Positions 23,282 through 38,354 of a stretch of DNA of 64,000 nucleotides are shown in pieces. The notes below the pieces were generated by a model that made no database searches, was not told the origin of the DNA, and saw only the letters and a program-made list of their open reading frames with translations. A program made the position numbers and the translations under genes. Within the stretch, counting starts at the first letter, position 1; every line of letters starts with the position of its first letter. Origin of the DNA: Yuukianura sp. NJ FZ-2021 (lineage: Eukaryota); contig CM102285.1 in NCBI GenBank assembly GCA_046563655.1, positions 8,928,001-8,992,000 of the forward strand, read 5' to 3'.

Positions 23282-26200
23282 TTAAATGGGGCAAGAGTTC
23301 AGAAATACTTTTGACAATACTGCCATGTCACTCCAGTCCTTCCGATATTGATTGATGGACAGATTCTTAATACAGCCATGGAATCCAGGTCGTTTCAAAT
23401 TGCTCCTTCCATCTATAAAGTCAATTCCCACTGTTAAGAGAAAATACTAAAGGCGTTGATTCACATTCGAACAAAAATTCATTGAAATGACACTTACCAT
23501 GACCTCCAACAAAAAGCGTTCCAGTGACTTGTCTCCAGTTGCCACCAATTCTAGTAGTGGAGTCCAGAAGGTGGTCGACGTTTGGAAATGCGTCCACTTT
23601 GAGCGAAATGGATCTCCCAATGAAATTAGCTCTTACGGAATGCCACCGTCCGTCGCAAAGGTAGTTGGAGTTTGTAGGAAACGATTCCACGACTTTGCCT
23701 TCTCCGCCAATTGACGTTTCACTTGCGACAACCTAAGAAAAATTGTCAAATTTTCATTAAAATTTACAATATACTAAAGAAAATGACATTGCACGGTTAC
23801 TTGTCCATCTTTTAAATAGATTGCAAACGAGGATGATTGACGAAATCCAAAATCCGGAATGAACGTTAGCAACTCTCCGTTTTTAGAATTAGTTTTGAAT
23901 TCCAGTTCTAGTTCAATCGGACTATTGAATGTAAAGTTGTACACTGAAAGCAAAGAATATTTGTTTTGAAAGGTCCGAAATCCTTCTCAAGAATCTGCAA
24001 TTTTGAAAATTCAGCTCACTGTAAATTGCATAGCTGTCGCCACCAAAGAACGTTCCAGACTCTACCCGCAGGAAGCAAGGATTCACTTGGTAGCGTACTA
24101 CTGAAGATGCATTGAACTCGTAATGGTGGGAATTTATTATCAGCTTCCGTATACAGCCCTTGAAGTGATCTGGTTTTTGAATCTGAAATGGAAAAAAAAT
24201 AGTGAAAGTTTTACAAAAATTCCAATTTGTGAAAAACACTAAAATTGAAACTAAAATTGAAAACTTACAGAATTTTCAAGGAAATCGGATCCTCCCACAG
24301 GAATACCTCCCAAATACAACTTTGTTATTTGTTTCAATCGCTTCAGCACCCGAGCTTCACTTGCAATTTGGGAGTCAATGTACATGAACATCTTGTCATC
24401 AGATTTCACAATTGAAACCTTTAAACAAACAACATTTTCAAATTCTTTGACGAATTTTCAATTAAGGAGTTAGAATTCATAATCTTACGATGTGCCAACT
24501 CCCGTCATTCAAATGGGACAGACTAGAAACCAATTCCTGAGACCACAAGCGATTCGCAAACTTAAAGATGAGTTGGCCATCTTTCAAGTAGGCCAAAATG
24601 TGATACTCTTCTTCTCCTTTCTTTTTCTAAAAAACCGAAAATTTGGAAACTTAAAACTGTTTTGTTAAATTATATAGTCCTGTTACCACTCCTTGGAAGA
24701 ACAGTCCATGAGGATAGAACGTCCGAAAGTGAAAGGTCAAGTTGAAATGTTGTCTTAAATTTGTCGACGGATCCAGCGGAACAGCCACATAGGAATCTGG
24801 ACTATCACCAAAATGAAGTGCACTGCTCAGTTGTTCATGTTGAAATTCAAGAGGGCTTCCGGAACATCGATCCTCTTCTGGAATTGTTTGAACATATCCT
24901 AGAGCATGGATGCGACTAAAGTATTCTGGATCAAAGCCAAGAGCTGCAACGGGGTTGAAATGATCTGGACATTGACCCAAGTTTTGATTTTGATGGCTAA
25001 TTGGGTGATTGAAGTTCAGAATCCTAAAAACAAAGTCGGTTCATTTTATTTTCTAGAGTAAGAAAGAAAAGTTTGGATTCGTTTCTAAAAATTTGCTGCA
25101 TCGTCTTACTCGTTTTCAAAGTATAGATTTTCTAGACATCCAGCAAATCCCTTGTCCACTTGAGTCAAAACTTTTCTAAATTTTTCCTGAATTGCCGGAC
25201 TAGCTCCGCCTATAAATAATCCAGAAGCGGCTGACGCTGGAACTGGAACAGATTTTGTTTGAACGTTTTCTCTTCCCACTTGCTCATCGTCCATGAAAAG
25301 CAGGAACCTATAACCAAAATTTTGAATTTTTATGTTAATTTAAATCATGACCAACAATATAACACAGTAAAAAATGTTTAACTTACTTCTTCTGTTTTTT
25401 CGTAAGCCGAAAGTTATGGACTTTTCCATCGTCGTAACGAGTCTCATGCTTGTCAAAAAGTTCGACAACGCCACCCCCATTGCCAATATTGAGCTGAACG
25501 TTGATTTCGCCATTTTCCAAGTACACAGCGTAATACGGTTCTCCAGAAGTACTTGCCTTCAAAAAAAAAGTTCTCAAAGTTGCTCAAGCACTCGGAGTTC
25601 AAATCACGTGTTAAATTTTCTCCTTACATTTCTGGTAAAAGCTGAGAGCAGAAGTAGTCCCGTTGGAAATGTTGTTTTGAAGCTAAATCCAAATTTGAAT
25701 CGATCTTTAATCAGCGGCCGTAAGCTGTACTCTGCGTATCCGTTTCCCTCGAAGCTCGTTACGAAAATTTTCTGCGCGAAATATGAAAAAAGTCAATAGT
25801 TTTGAGAATTTCTCAGGCTTTTAGACGTTTTCGTGAATGTGCAACTGATGATTCGATTTCCAAATGTTTCTGGACATAAATTCTGTAGCGTCAATCGACT
25901 TTGAATCTTACCTTTCCTTCACATGGCGTTTCCACCCCAAAGTACTGATATGAAAGTGGATCGTAAGCATTTCCGTCAATGAGCAAGTTTTTCATACATC
26001 CGATGAACGAAACGTTCGTGAATCCTTGCCATTTTGAAGAGTAGAATCCAGGAGAGCGGCCGCCAATTTGATACGGAGCGTTGTACAAGTCCAATGACAA
26101 GTCTGGAGATTCAATCTGTTGCGTATACTGTTTGTCCACTACGGATAATTGACCTATGTTTTTAAAAACCATTTGTTAAAAATTATGCAAGTGAAAGCAA

Positions 26201-29200
26201 GGTGAAAGCAAACTTTCAAACACGTTTTTTGTCTTACCAGTTTGCAAAAACTTTTGGTACACCCAAAGTGCTTGAATTTTTATCCATCTCCCCGTATTTA
26301 GTTTTTCTCCAGTCGTTTCCAAATGGATTGAATTCGAATCCGTTTTCCAGCCATGTTGGACTTTGAATATGACCTGACCTTCGATCATTTCCAAGGAGAC
26401 ACTCTGTCCCATGGCTTCATTTGCCGCCAAGAAAATGAGTCCCCCCTCAGCGTATGTTCTGATTTCCATGTTGATGTCAAACGATTTGGAGTAAAATGCT
26501 TGTGACTGAATTCGTTTTACAATCGAGTATCCTCTGCCATCAAAGTAATAATCCCGCTCGAGGTTGTAGGCGTCAGTGACCGATGGAGTGCATTCTGTAC
26601 ACGGTGCACATCCTTCATTTCCAACAAAGTTCCACAGTCCAACGGTTTCATGGTTGACACGGAGGTTGTGGACACATCCGCTGAGACCATTTGAAACGAG
26701 ACCAGGTCTTTTTAGTTTCGATATGCCTCCAATATGAATTAAATCATTCTGTGACAGGTCCATCACGGTCGCACTTTCATCAACTTCGGGGTACTTGACT
26801 TTTGAACTATTGCTAGTCGGGCCTGCATTTGGGTCTAGCAAATCCACCCCAAGAGTTACGTCTGAACCGACTCTGTAGAACAAAATATTATACTAAATAT
26901 TTTAGTAAACCGTTGCAAACGGTTTTACAAGTGGCGAAATTTCCATCGCATCCCTCGGCAAAAGGGTGTGATGGAGAACGCTATCACATACGATGTACTG
27001 AAATGGGTGTGACGGAGAAAACTACCACAGACAGACAGACTTGGGGAAAAACATAAAGTAGCTCATCCTTGCGTTACTTAATAATGTAGAAAACCTAGAC
27101 TTTTCCGTACAGAAGCAAAACAAGGTTGTTACCTTTCGTAATTTATGTGGTACCAATTGTCAGGGTCATCAGGTTGATCTTCTCGATTTTTAATTAGTTT
27201 TAGAGGAAAAGTCACAGATTTGGTTCCTGAACCCAAATCCCAACTGGCTTTGATGTACAGTCCAATCATTTCAATTGCAACGAAGTCATCCTGAAACAAA
27301 AATTGAGAAATTCCATGAAGGAAAGACCATGAAAGTCATATTTAAATGAAATTGATAAAGACACTGAAACAGTCAAAATTTACGGAAATTGAACTTGGCC
27401 AGTAGAACAGAAGCGAGTCGGAAGATTTGACTGGTGCGAAATTGAAGTTGATGGACGTTGCTCCGCCATAAACTGGCCATTTGTAAAGTCGGAAGCAAGT
27501 TCCGGTGTCGTCCGGTCCAATTGCTACGCTCACCTAAAAGTATTTCGTATTCTTTGTATTAAGTTAGAAATTAATTGTAGTGTCATCCAAGTTTTCATTT
27601 TTAATTAAAGAATTGTTTAGTTATGTAGCGAATTCAGTCACTGAATTTTCAGTCACTTACAGTTCCTGCCTTGTGTTTGGCTTGGGAGATCAACGCCTTG
27701 AGCCGTTTCAATTTTTCGTTTCCTCCCTCCATTGCTGCTTCCTTCCGTACTTTCACCATCTCTACCTCCAGAATTTTAGAACTTGCCACATCTATGCCCG
27801 GACTAGTCGAATCCACTATTTAAGCAAAGGCATTATTTTTTAATGTTTAAATGTATTTAAGCATTGGCTTGCGCAGACTTACTCATAGAATCAACCTGTT
27901 TTGAATTAAAAGACGCACGGAGCTTCATTTCTTCTAAACGAAGTTGAAGATTTGTTTCGATGTCCATTTCAGCTTCATCCAAGTTTTTCCCAATTTCTAA
28001 CCAAAATTCATACGTTTCTTCGATTTGCGCGATGAGGAAAGGCAACTGGAGTTCTAAATTGGAATGACGAAGTATAGTTCACTTTTATTTCCTGAAAAAT
28101 TGATTTGCTGAATTGAGTTGTACCTTCTCTGGACTCGTGAATAAGGTCAATCTGGTTGACAATCATCGCAAGCGAGTCATTGGCTGAGCGCAGACGCCAT
28201 TTTACGCCTTCCAAGAAATCATTGTATTCAGATAGCCTTCCACGCATAGATTTGTCCAAAATTTCCCTCAAGGTGAATCCATCTTCAATGAGAGCATCTG
28301 AATCCTTTGTTAACGAGTCTTTTGGAAATTGACGAAGCAGCGTATGAATCTACGAGTTTGTTGAAACATCAAAATTCAAATAACGCATATCGCAAATATT
28401 ATTTTCTCAAAATTTTCATACCCTGATGCTTGCTTCTTTGGAAATATTTGCAGCATTCTTGGCAAGACTGAGGGCACTCTCGAAACCTTCACGCATTCGA
28501 TCATACGCTGTGATCGCTTGATGTGCTTTGGAGTTATTAGATGTAGCAAAGTAAAACGAGCTACAAAAATTAAATGTTCAATTGAATTTGTTTTGGAATT
28601 GAAATATTTGGAGAGGAATTAGAAAATTCGTAGCAAAAACTGACGTACCCTGCGATGTGATTTGCTTTTTTCTTGAGCATTTCTACGTGATCGAATGCTG
28701 GTTGAGCGTATTTGGAGCGATAGAAGGGAACAAGGTCAAACAAATTGTTTTCGCGAACCTCCAAACCGTGGGCCAGGCTTCGTAAATCATCAATCACATC
28801 TTCTGAAATCTAAAATATTTCAAAAAATTAATTACAAAAACTGATTAGAACGAATAAACATGCCATACCATTAGGACTTCGTTGATTTCCGTAATGACAT
28901 AAGCACCACGGTTGAGAATATCCAGAGCCATCACATTAGCCATGTCCATGTCAAGCACCATTTCGTCAATTGCTGCTGCATTTGCTTCGCCCGTTGCAAG
29001 TAATTCTCTACTGGCCGCCATGATTTTCTCAGCCTAAAAAAATCAAATTTTTCGTCTATTATTATTTTTTTTTTTGAATTTGGTTTCACAATTTTTTAAA
29101 AGAGAAACGGTTTAACCTGCGCTCGATTCGTGAGAGCGTGATTGATGTAATGCTTTAGGTCATCCAAACGTTTCTGCAATCTTGACATGTTCAACGCAGT

Positions 29201-32200
29201 GCCGTTTGCTTGAAAAACTACGCCGAAGGCTTGTTCGTAAGCTGCTGAAGCCAGCGACATTTCCAAATCGACTTCTCGTTGTGCTTCCGAGAAACTAAGC
29301 GATCGAAGGGAGTCAATGATTTGTCGCATAAGGTGAAGAGCACCAGGAATGTTGCCAATTCCCTGCCCGTACGTTGCATAATTTTGAAGCATTTCCACAA
29401 CACTTCGTATTCTAGTCTGGATATCACGTGTATATTGCAAAAGGTTGTCAGCATTTTGGTTTTGCTTGAATGTCTCGAGGTCAAGAGCTCTTGAAGTAGA
29501 AAGTAGTTCCAGAGCCCTTGTCAGCATAATTTCTGCGACTAATCCATGTGTTGGAATATCGTCAATGAACATTTCGAACTGATTGGCCAATTGTACGGCG
29601 GACCAGTTAGAAGCAAGATTTTTCGATTCTTGATCCATCAAGTGAAGTTTGTGCCATACAACAGCATCATCTGCAGATAAAGTGACGCTACCAAGATCCT
29701 GCTCAATTCCATCAAGGTCATCGAGCAAAGTCCCCGTGCATGGATCGTCGCAAGAAGCACAAGTAGTTCCAATAATGATGTTCCGAGCTGAACACTTTGA
29801 ACAATCTCGTCCTGTTATGCCAGGTTTACAGTTGCATTGGCCAGTGACCTCGTGACATTCGTCGCTAACACTTCCATAGTCATTGCACAGACAGGGTCTG
29901 CAGTATCCGCCAACTCGGCTGGGATTTCCAAAGAAACCGTAGTCACAGCGTTCGCAAGATTTTCCAGTGTACCCGTGTTTGCAAAAACACTGAAATGTTC
30001 CTGGACGAAGTTGGAGGCATGACTTGGCATGTGTATTCCAGGCAGTTGGACAAGGACAAGGCAAGCAGCGGTCTTCTGGATCTCCGTAAAACCCGGCAGC
30101 ACATTCATCGCAGTAGTTGCCACCGGTATTGTCAGCACAGTCTTGGCAGTATCCAGTTTCAGTGTCACAAGAGGATGACCTTCCATTACATTGACATGGT
30201 CTTGCTTCTCCAATGAGGTCAATGATCACGGTGCTCGTAATGTACTCCTTCTTGTACCACCGATAGTAACCAACTTTTGGGTTTTGGCAAGATGTTGAAT
30301 TATATTCTTCAGGACAGTCACAAACTTCTATTCCCTTTGCCAGTCCTCCGTCGTTTCCAGTTGCTGCATGAACGGCAATGTCGATTGAAACGTTATAGAG
30401 TCTGAAATTATGTGAAAGACAGTTTAGTTTAAAAAAATTGAAGAAAGTTGCTTAGGAGCAATCAAAACTATATCCTGTGCTGTACTAACGTGGCTTTAAC
30501 GATTTCTGGAGAATTAGTTCCTCGAATGAGGACGTGCTGCAGATTCTGGAGTGCGACCATCATGATTTCTTTGGTAACCAGGCCTTCCATTGGGCCATGC
30601 TTCAGACGCCAAGAATCTCCATGCAATCTGCGAAATTCAACAATCCAAAAAAGTATATTGGTGGGTAAATTTAAAATTTTTGAAAGCTTTTGCAAACAAA
30701 TTTTGATTTACCTGACTTCGTAGTATCCCGTTGGACTAAATTGACGCGGGTAGTATTCCAGAATAAGTCGGTGATTTCCTTGAATTTGCACCAATGGATA
30801 TGATGACAAAACGTCGTGTGGGAAAGGAGTTGAACTGGCTTCAGAAACAACACGGAATCGCAGGAGTCCATTGTACGAAAGTACCTGAACAGGAAAATCC
30901 GCCAGAAGTTGTGATTCTTTTCAGTTTTATTCATAAATTGCAGAAAAGAGAAAGCATTTTTAAAGAAAGAAAGAAAAAATTTTAGAGAAAGAACAAATAT
31001 TTTTAGCGTTTACCTTATCTCCCAAAAATATTCGCGGAAGTTGCCAATACAAGGGAGCACTGAATGACACGCCCTTTTCAATTAACACATCAGTTCCACT
31101 TTCAGGAATGACAACCAGATTGTTCAAAATATTGAGCCGAAGACGACTTTGCCACGAGGACGCTACTTCTCGTGGATTTGGAAGGGCTAACTGTAAAATT
31201 TAGAAAATTAATCAGGATTGATGCCTGAAACGTGTTACAACCTGATATTAGCAATACATAAAGCCCGGCGGTTTGTGATTTACGTTTACGACATTGAATA
31301 ACTACACGACATTCACACGGAGAACTTGACATAGACGGCATTGACATTTACAACGTTGATACGCACGACATTGTCCACATAGGAGTTACTTGATTTCATT
31401 TGTGCATTAAAGTAAGGCCCAATTCAATACAACATCAATTTAACAATTAGTACTCGTCTTTGGCAAACATTGATTGCGGAAATGAACTTTGTGTACGTAA
31501 ACGTAGCAATGTTCGTGTCCTTCGTTGTAGGGAAAATATTGACGCTGTTCTCCTGTAGCCAATGGTGGCTTCACGGAAAGTACTTGTGTGTTTAGTAGGC
31601 CAAACTGAATCAAAATGCAAGAAAAAGTAAGGGGTCATCAATTTTCTCAAAAGTAAACCCACTTTTCATAATTGCCGTTCCAAAAATTCCCAAAAATTTT
31701 GAAGAATTGTAATAGTTTTTTGAAAGTTGATACGTATCCTTTGGTTTTGTTCCTTCCCCTGCATGGTGGTATGGATTAATCGTGCAACTAAAAATATTAC
31801 AGTAAAGGTCAAAGGTCATTACCCTCTGCCACTTGAAATACCCTTCAGAGCACTTGGTTGTTCGCTGGAAGCAGAAACAGTCAATGCATCCATCATTGTT
31901 TCCACGACTGAGTCCAAAAGCGCCGTCTTTGCACTTGTTGCAAGTACGTCCAATCACATTTTTCTGTTTATAACATCGAGGTCAAACAAAATTTTAAGTA
32001 CTAGAAATACCCCTTGATTACAAAAATCTTTCAACAGGTTGGTTGTTGGACCCTCCCTGACCTTGCATGGACATTGTCCGTACTGATCGCAACTGCAAAT
32101 CCCATTTTGATCGCAGTAAGTTCCAGTGGTTCCACTGGAGTCACATCCGCAGGCTACACAGTTTGGATAATTATAGAATCCGAATTGGCAAATGTCGCAC

Positions 32201-35200
32201 TTGTCACCATCATAGCCAACGGCGCAAGTGCATTTTCCAGTTTCAATTGAGCATTGCGGAGAAATGGAGCCTTGGAGGCTACATTTGCAACCAATGCAAC
32301 CGGAGACAGGCTTTCCCCAGTAGCCCACGGCGCAACTCGAACAGTTCGTGCCTTCCACATTCGGAGGGCACACGCAATGCCCGGTTTGGTCGTCGCAAAT
32401 ATGTCCAACCTTTGTGCATGGATCGCACTCTAAATCACAAAAACAAAAATTACAGCTCAATTTCGTCTACTAATGTAAGAAATTCATAATTGTTACCTTT
32501 GCATCCAGTTGAAGAGAACCCATAATGCCTGTCCTTGCACACGGAACAAGTGGGGCCAGTGACTCCAGGTTTACAGTTGCATTGACCTGTGGTGAGGTCA
32601 CAGATAGCATTGGTGGAGCCAATTGGGTCACAATTACAAGGCTCACAACCATGTCTTGAATTGATGTTCCAGAACCCAGCCTAAAAATTAATTCTTATGC
32701 TAACAAGACTAACACAAATGTGTTTTTTTAGGTTAATCGAAGTAGAATTTTCTATTTACATCACAGGCATTGCAATTGCGATTTGCCACATTCTTGAGAC
32801 AGTGACACTGACCGGTCAAAAGGTCACAGAACTGGGAGTCAGATCCATTGACATGACAGTCACAGGCTGAAATCAAAAACAACAGTGAAAGTGAAAATTG
32901 AATCATGAAATGCTTGAATTGCTTGGAATTTCTTACCCTCACATCCCTCCAAAGAAAATCCGTAATGAAATTCGAGACATTGATTGCAATAGCGCCCGGT
33001 GACTCCAGATTTACAAGGGCATTGACCAGAAACTGGATTGCAGGTTAAACTCACTGATCCTGTTGGGTCACAGTTACACGGCGGACAACCTTGTTCCACA
33101 TTTCCACAGCCAGGCTATAGCAGTTAAAAAATTGTGCTGGATGACGATTAAATGTCTCCCGAATTTCAAATTCACGAATTCCTTACAATACATTTGTCGC
33201 ATTTCCTCCCGGTGAACTTGTCGATACATTCGCACTGACCAGTCCCCTCGTGACACTCAATCGTCTTCGATCCGAAAGTACTGCAGTCACAACCTGAAAT
33301 CAAAACACCAACACTTTCAAAAAGTTTTCAAAAAATTTGGTATTTTCGCATTATTGTAATAAAATTTACTGATGCAAGATCCATTCAGTGGATTCCCATA
33401 AAAGCCTTTGCGACATTCGTCGCAGTACCACCCTACAGTGTTCTTGGGGCAGATGAAACACTCTCCAGTTAAATGGTCGCAAATATTTTCATTGGAAAGT
33501 CCCAGTGAACTTTGACCTGCCACGCAGTTGCATGGTTTGCAAGTATCCCCTGGAGCGGCTGGGTTTCCAAAATAGCCGTTTGAACACCTAATGAAATATT
33601 CAGTGAAAGCATTACACTTCGAAAAAAAAATTGTCAAATATTTCTGACCTTTCGCAAAATTCTCCTTCGTAGCCCTGTTGACAATCAGTGCAAACATACG
33701 AATTTCCTTGTACTTTGCAAGTAGGGCTAAAATTATTTGATGACTGGAGAAGCGGGCATTCGCAAGGTTTGCAGGCAGTGGACAAATGACTTGACGGAAC
33801 TCCGTAGTGACCTTCGATACAAGTTTCACAGTGAATTCCAGTCGTGTTGTGTTCGCATCCCTAATTTCAAAGAAGTAACAAGTTTTCACATTTAATAATT
33901 TATCTACAGTATTTGTCAAAATTACTAGACATGTTCCATCCGCGTCACAACTTCCGGAGTGACCATTGCAGTCACATTTGATACATTCGTTAAGCCAGGA
34001 ATCCAAACTGGCCCTTCTGTAGCCATAGTCACAACCTTGACAGCTTATTCCGGTGTACCCAGCAGGGCAGTTGCAGATTTCAATTGAAGAAGCACGGCGT
34101 CCTCCGGATTCAAGTGAAAGCGAACCTGCTTTCTCCAAACGCACTTCATGCAGCATCCCTTCAATTTGGTCTGTATGGAATTTTGCACGAAGTAGAACGT
34201 GTTTCACATCCGACAATGCTTCCATAATGTCGTATCGAGAGCACGAAATCAGGATGTCATTTGCTGTTCTATCGAATATCGCAAATTCAATTTTTGAAAC
34301 ATTCATGTTCCCTAAATCAGTTTGACCTTACCTTGAACCAAAGTTGGTGTCCAGTTTTGCCAAAACAAAACATCCGTGTTCGCTTAGAGTAACGTGAATT
34401 GTTGCATTATTCCCTTCGTACGTGTTTTGACTAAAGGCCAGCATCGAGTTCTTGCTCTATTTGCAAATCATAGAGAAATTGGAAGTGCTTAATTCACAAA
34501 GCATTGTTGATTTACCTGGAGAATGACATCAAAATCATGGATGGGTCTTCCACTAGTGTCTCCACGAGCTTCGACCCAGTACATTTGGAATGCCAGCGCA
34601 AGGCCGTATGAATCAATATTCAAGGTTGCAAAATACTCCGTTGAAGTCCAGTAGTACATGTCGAATACCGAAAATTCTTCGTTAGCAACATGATACGTCT
34701 CCCCAAGTTGAAGCGCCGGACTCATTTTTGTCCTATGCAGGTCGGTGACCATCCAAGCCTCGGATTTAGGCATCTATTCAAGCATTAATAAACTTAATTG
34801 TATTTTGATGACACATTCTTCAAAACGCACGAAATATCTGCAAAATACTAATTTCCATTTCGTACAGTGATGATGGAAAAATTTGATGCATGGCAGTTGG
34901 TCGAAACACCGTGACAGAAACACTGAGTACATCCATCAGGGTTGTTTTTGTTCAAATTAAAGTAGCCAGCTTTACAAGTGGAGCAGTACTTTCCCTCAAC
35001 ATTGGCCTGCATTTCGAAAAAAAAAACATGTTTCAATTATTTCAAAAAAATGATATTATTTCGAAAACTTTATAATCGTTAAAACATAACCTTGCAAATG
35101 CATTCTCCTTCGCAATCAGTGTTGACGATTCCGTTCAAGTTACAAGGACAAGGGATGCAATTAGGATAGCCTTGAAATCCATAGGCGCATTCTCGGCAGT

Positions 35201-38200
35201 ATTTTCCAGCAAATCCTGTCTTACAATGGCAGTCTCCAACATTCTGTCGAATTGGAGCAGCATTCTCTGAGGATATTTGCAATTGGTTCTTTTTTTTAGT
35301 AAGAACGTTTACCTTTCCCTCAATGCTTAACTCCTTTAAATCTTCTTGAGTGTAACACTTTCCAGTGCTTCCAGGTGAATTCCCACAGTCGCAGCGGACG
35401 CAAGGATTGGGATTATACAAATCAATTCCAACAGGCCTGTAGTACCCCGTTTCACATTTTTCACAATTGTTTCCCGTTGTGTGACCCTAAAATTGCCAAA
35501 AGACACATAAAAAAGAATGCTGATTAATTGATTCGTAATTTGTGTTTAATTTACTTTGCATCCCAAGCACACTCCACCTCCAGAATAAGTTCCAAAAATG
35601 TTGATTGATTTTTTCTGTTGATGCACGACAGGATCATAGACGCACGAGTCAGCATGACCATAACATTGACATTTTTCACAAGCAGCACTCGCTGTAGAAT
35701 TTCCAGGACCCCAAAGATACTGATTGTACAATGGGCAGCACATGTCGCAATTTTCACCGCAAGTATTGTGACGGCACATGCATTTCTCCTTCTGGGAAAT
35801 TTTGTGCAAAGATTTTGGTTATGAAATGTAAGTCCAAAGGTCATTCAGTTTTACAGGTCAGAATTGATGGTCACCACTTACATGTTGATGAGAATGTCGA
35901 ACGCATTCATTGGAATGTCCGAAGCAGACACAATGTCCTCCAATTGAAATGTCCTTGATTGAGTAAAAGTATCTTCGCATGATACTTTTGTCCCACAGAT
36001 TCCCACCGACGCCCATCAAATCCGCATGAAGCGTACGGATTTTTTGGAGTCGGAGTCGTACGTATCGTGCGATTGTAAATTTGACCAATTTTTCTGTTGG
36101 TCCATCAGCGCCTGGTCTTCCATTGACCAGCGATGTGTGAATCTGGTTTAAAAAGAACATTAGCTAGCCCTTTAGCCTCTTCAGCGGAATTCTAATTTAA
36201 AATGGCAAATATATTTATAGAGTTGTCCGAAGTGTCACACAAGCAAGTACCCTTGCGCCTTAAGGCTTCTTACTATATCAATTATTCAATGTTTCAAAAT
36301 ATAAGTTACCTCGCCACCTTCAAAGGGAGTAATCTTGGAAAAGTAGGAAGTGCATATAACTTCGTCATCTTCAAGGTAGCTTGGTTTCCCTGAAATGAAT
36401 GAAACAAAACCTTTGCAAATTTTGTCGCGTCAAGCCTTCTATGTAATTACTACACAAAGGAAGTTGTAAAGTAACAAAAAAAAGTGGCAAACGTTAAAAA
36501 CATTCGGCTGTATCCTGTATGTGTGAGTTCTTTTTTAATTCTAAAGATTCTGAATTCAGGCTTTAGTCATTAATTTAAGCAAGAGAGTACTAAAATGCTT
36601 TGAATTACCTGGTCGAGCTGGAATGTTGTAGCGAATAGAGCATTCCTCATCACTTATGGCAAAGTACTGCCAGGGAAGATAATGAACTCCGTCCAGGGAT
36701 TTTTCAAGTATCCAATTTCCTGGACGAGGAGACAAGGCAGCTTTGATGACAATGTAGGCAACTTGATAGGGCTATGAAAATTAAACAAGTTTTTAACGAT
36801 TAAATAGAAAGCCGAACTTTATTCTAAAGTGGAAACTTTGGAATGCTGGTAATACTAGATACCAAAAAACAAAAACTAAAATTCGCATAGGCCAAATTGA
36901 AAAATATCAACAATTTTTTTCGAAAACTCAAAATTTTTGACGAGAAAATTGTTTCGTTTCGACGTCACTGAAAAAAAAGTACGTACTAACGCTCAAAATT
37001 TTATTCTGTCTACCAAAGTTTTCTTGCCGATAACCTTTTCACCCAAAAACTTTCACCAAAGTAAAATTAAAAAAATTGGGAAACACGAATCGAGTTCGCA
37101 CATGAATAAGGCTAGACTTTTTTTTTTCTAAATTTCATTAAATAAGATTCAAAGGTGCTTTCATAATCGGGAAGTCTTGTGACGTACTTGAAACTGTTCT
37201 CAGCCCAGCAGGAGTTGTGGATTAGTCTCAGAAATACGAGTATGAGGAATACCAACAATCATTTCTTTAATTTTTGTAAAAGTAGTTCTGTTGTCTAATT
37301 CTACCTGTTTGAGATCAATGGTGATTGTAACCCACTCGTACTTGCGGCCATTCTGTAGTGAAGGACTCTGCCACCAGCGATCGGATCCATCAATAGCGTA
37401 AGCGATGGGGTGACGCTTGCTCCTATCCTAAAACAATTCCAAAAGTAAAAGCAAAGTGCAACAAAACTTTAAAATATTTAGAAAATGCGAGCAAAACTCA
37501 ACCTCAGGCACTTAAATTTTAAGTTACCGGACTATGCGCGTCACAAATTTGACACTGTGAAGTTCTTGACCGAGAATTGACGTGTTCCACCAATTTGCAA
37601 AACGTTTCTGGTTCCTTCTGGCCACAAGTTGCGTTTGTTGTAATGATTGCATTGGAAGCCAAATTACCAACAGGCGGAGAAAGTCCTACGTCAGAGGCAT
37701 TGTGTCCAGGGCCATAATGCTCTTCCGAAGACTCGTCGTTCAAAAATTCTAAATTCAACAAATGTTTAAACAATTTCTGGACAATTTGTTACGTTTGAAG
37801 TTGAACGCATTTACTCGTCATTTTTTCCGTGCGTCATGCGTACCTTACTAATTTGTTCCTAAAATGTTTCTAGTCACGACTTTTTTCTTAAAAAACTAAG
37901 ATTGATGTGGACCTGCCGCGGAGAGAAAGGCATTGAAAAATGTTGAGAATAAGATCATTATGAAAATGGGACGTGCATTATAAAAGAACAATGTTTAGAA
38001 TAAGATGTAAATGTTTAAGACTACGGTAATCGTGATTCACCGGACAAGATTTAGTGGGCAATTTATTTCAAACTAATGATCTTGACTTTAAGATCTTAAA
38101 AGAAACAACAACTGCGCTGAGATTCTTATCCAAATGCCATCAGTTTCTGCCCTTGTTCTCTGTTCTAACACAGAGGGATGAGGGATGTTTTTTCTAAAAA

Positions 38201-38354
38201 TGAATGATGCATGATGGTGCAGCATTAAAAAAGATGTTTAAATTATTTTGAACTTACGAGATGAAGGAGAGAAGGCAGACGATGAGGCACATGGCCCTGC
38301 TGTCAGATTAATTAACCAAAACAAAAGCCACGCCCTGCTTGAGCAGCCCTTCAT
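23282..38354 (-). CDS. wb: Laminin subunit alpha-1/2 type (wing blister orthologue), many exons
   Basis: The signal-peptide exon starts at 38354 (MKGCSSRAWLLFWL). It is followed by an LN domain (NLASNAIITTNATCG, WWQSPSLQNGRKYEWVTITIDL, RYFYSIKDISIGG), LE/EGF arrays, two L4 domains, a coiled coil at ~27660-29700 and LG domains ending VFLNSCPI* at 23282. The L4 motif WVEARGDTSG is typical of the wing blister class. Confidence 0.92.

Noticed and set aside
31806..31818. Perfect DR1 AGGTCAAAGGTCA in a laminin intron
   Set aside because: It is a single site directly beside a splice donor with no other support.
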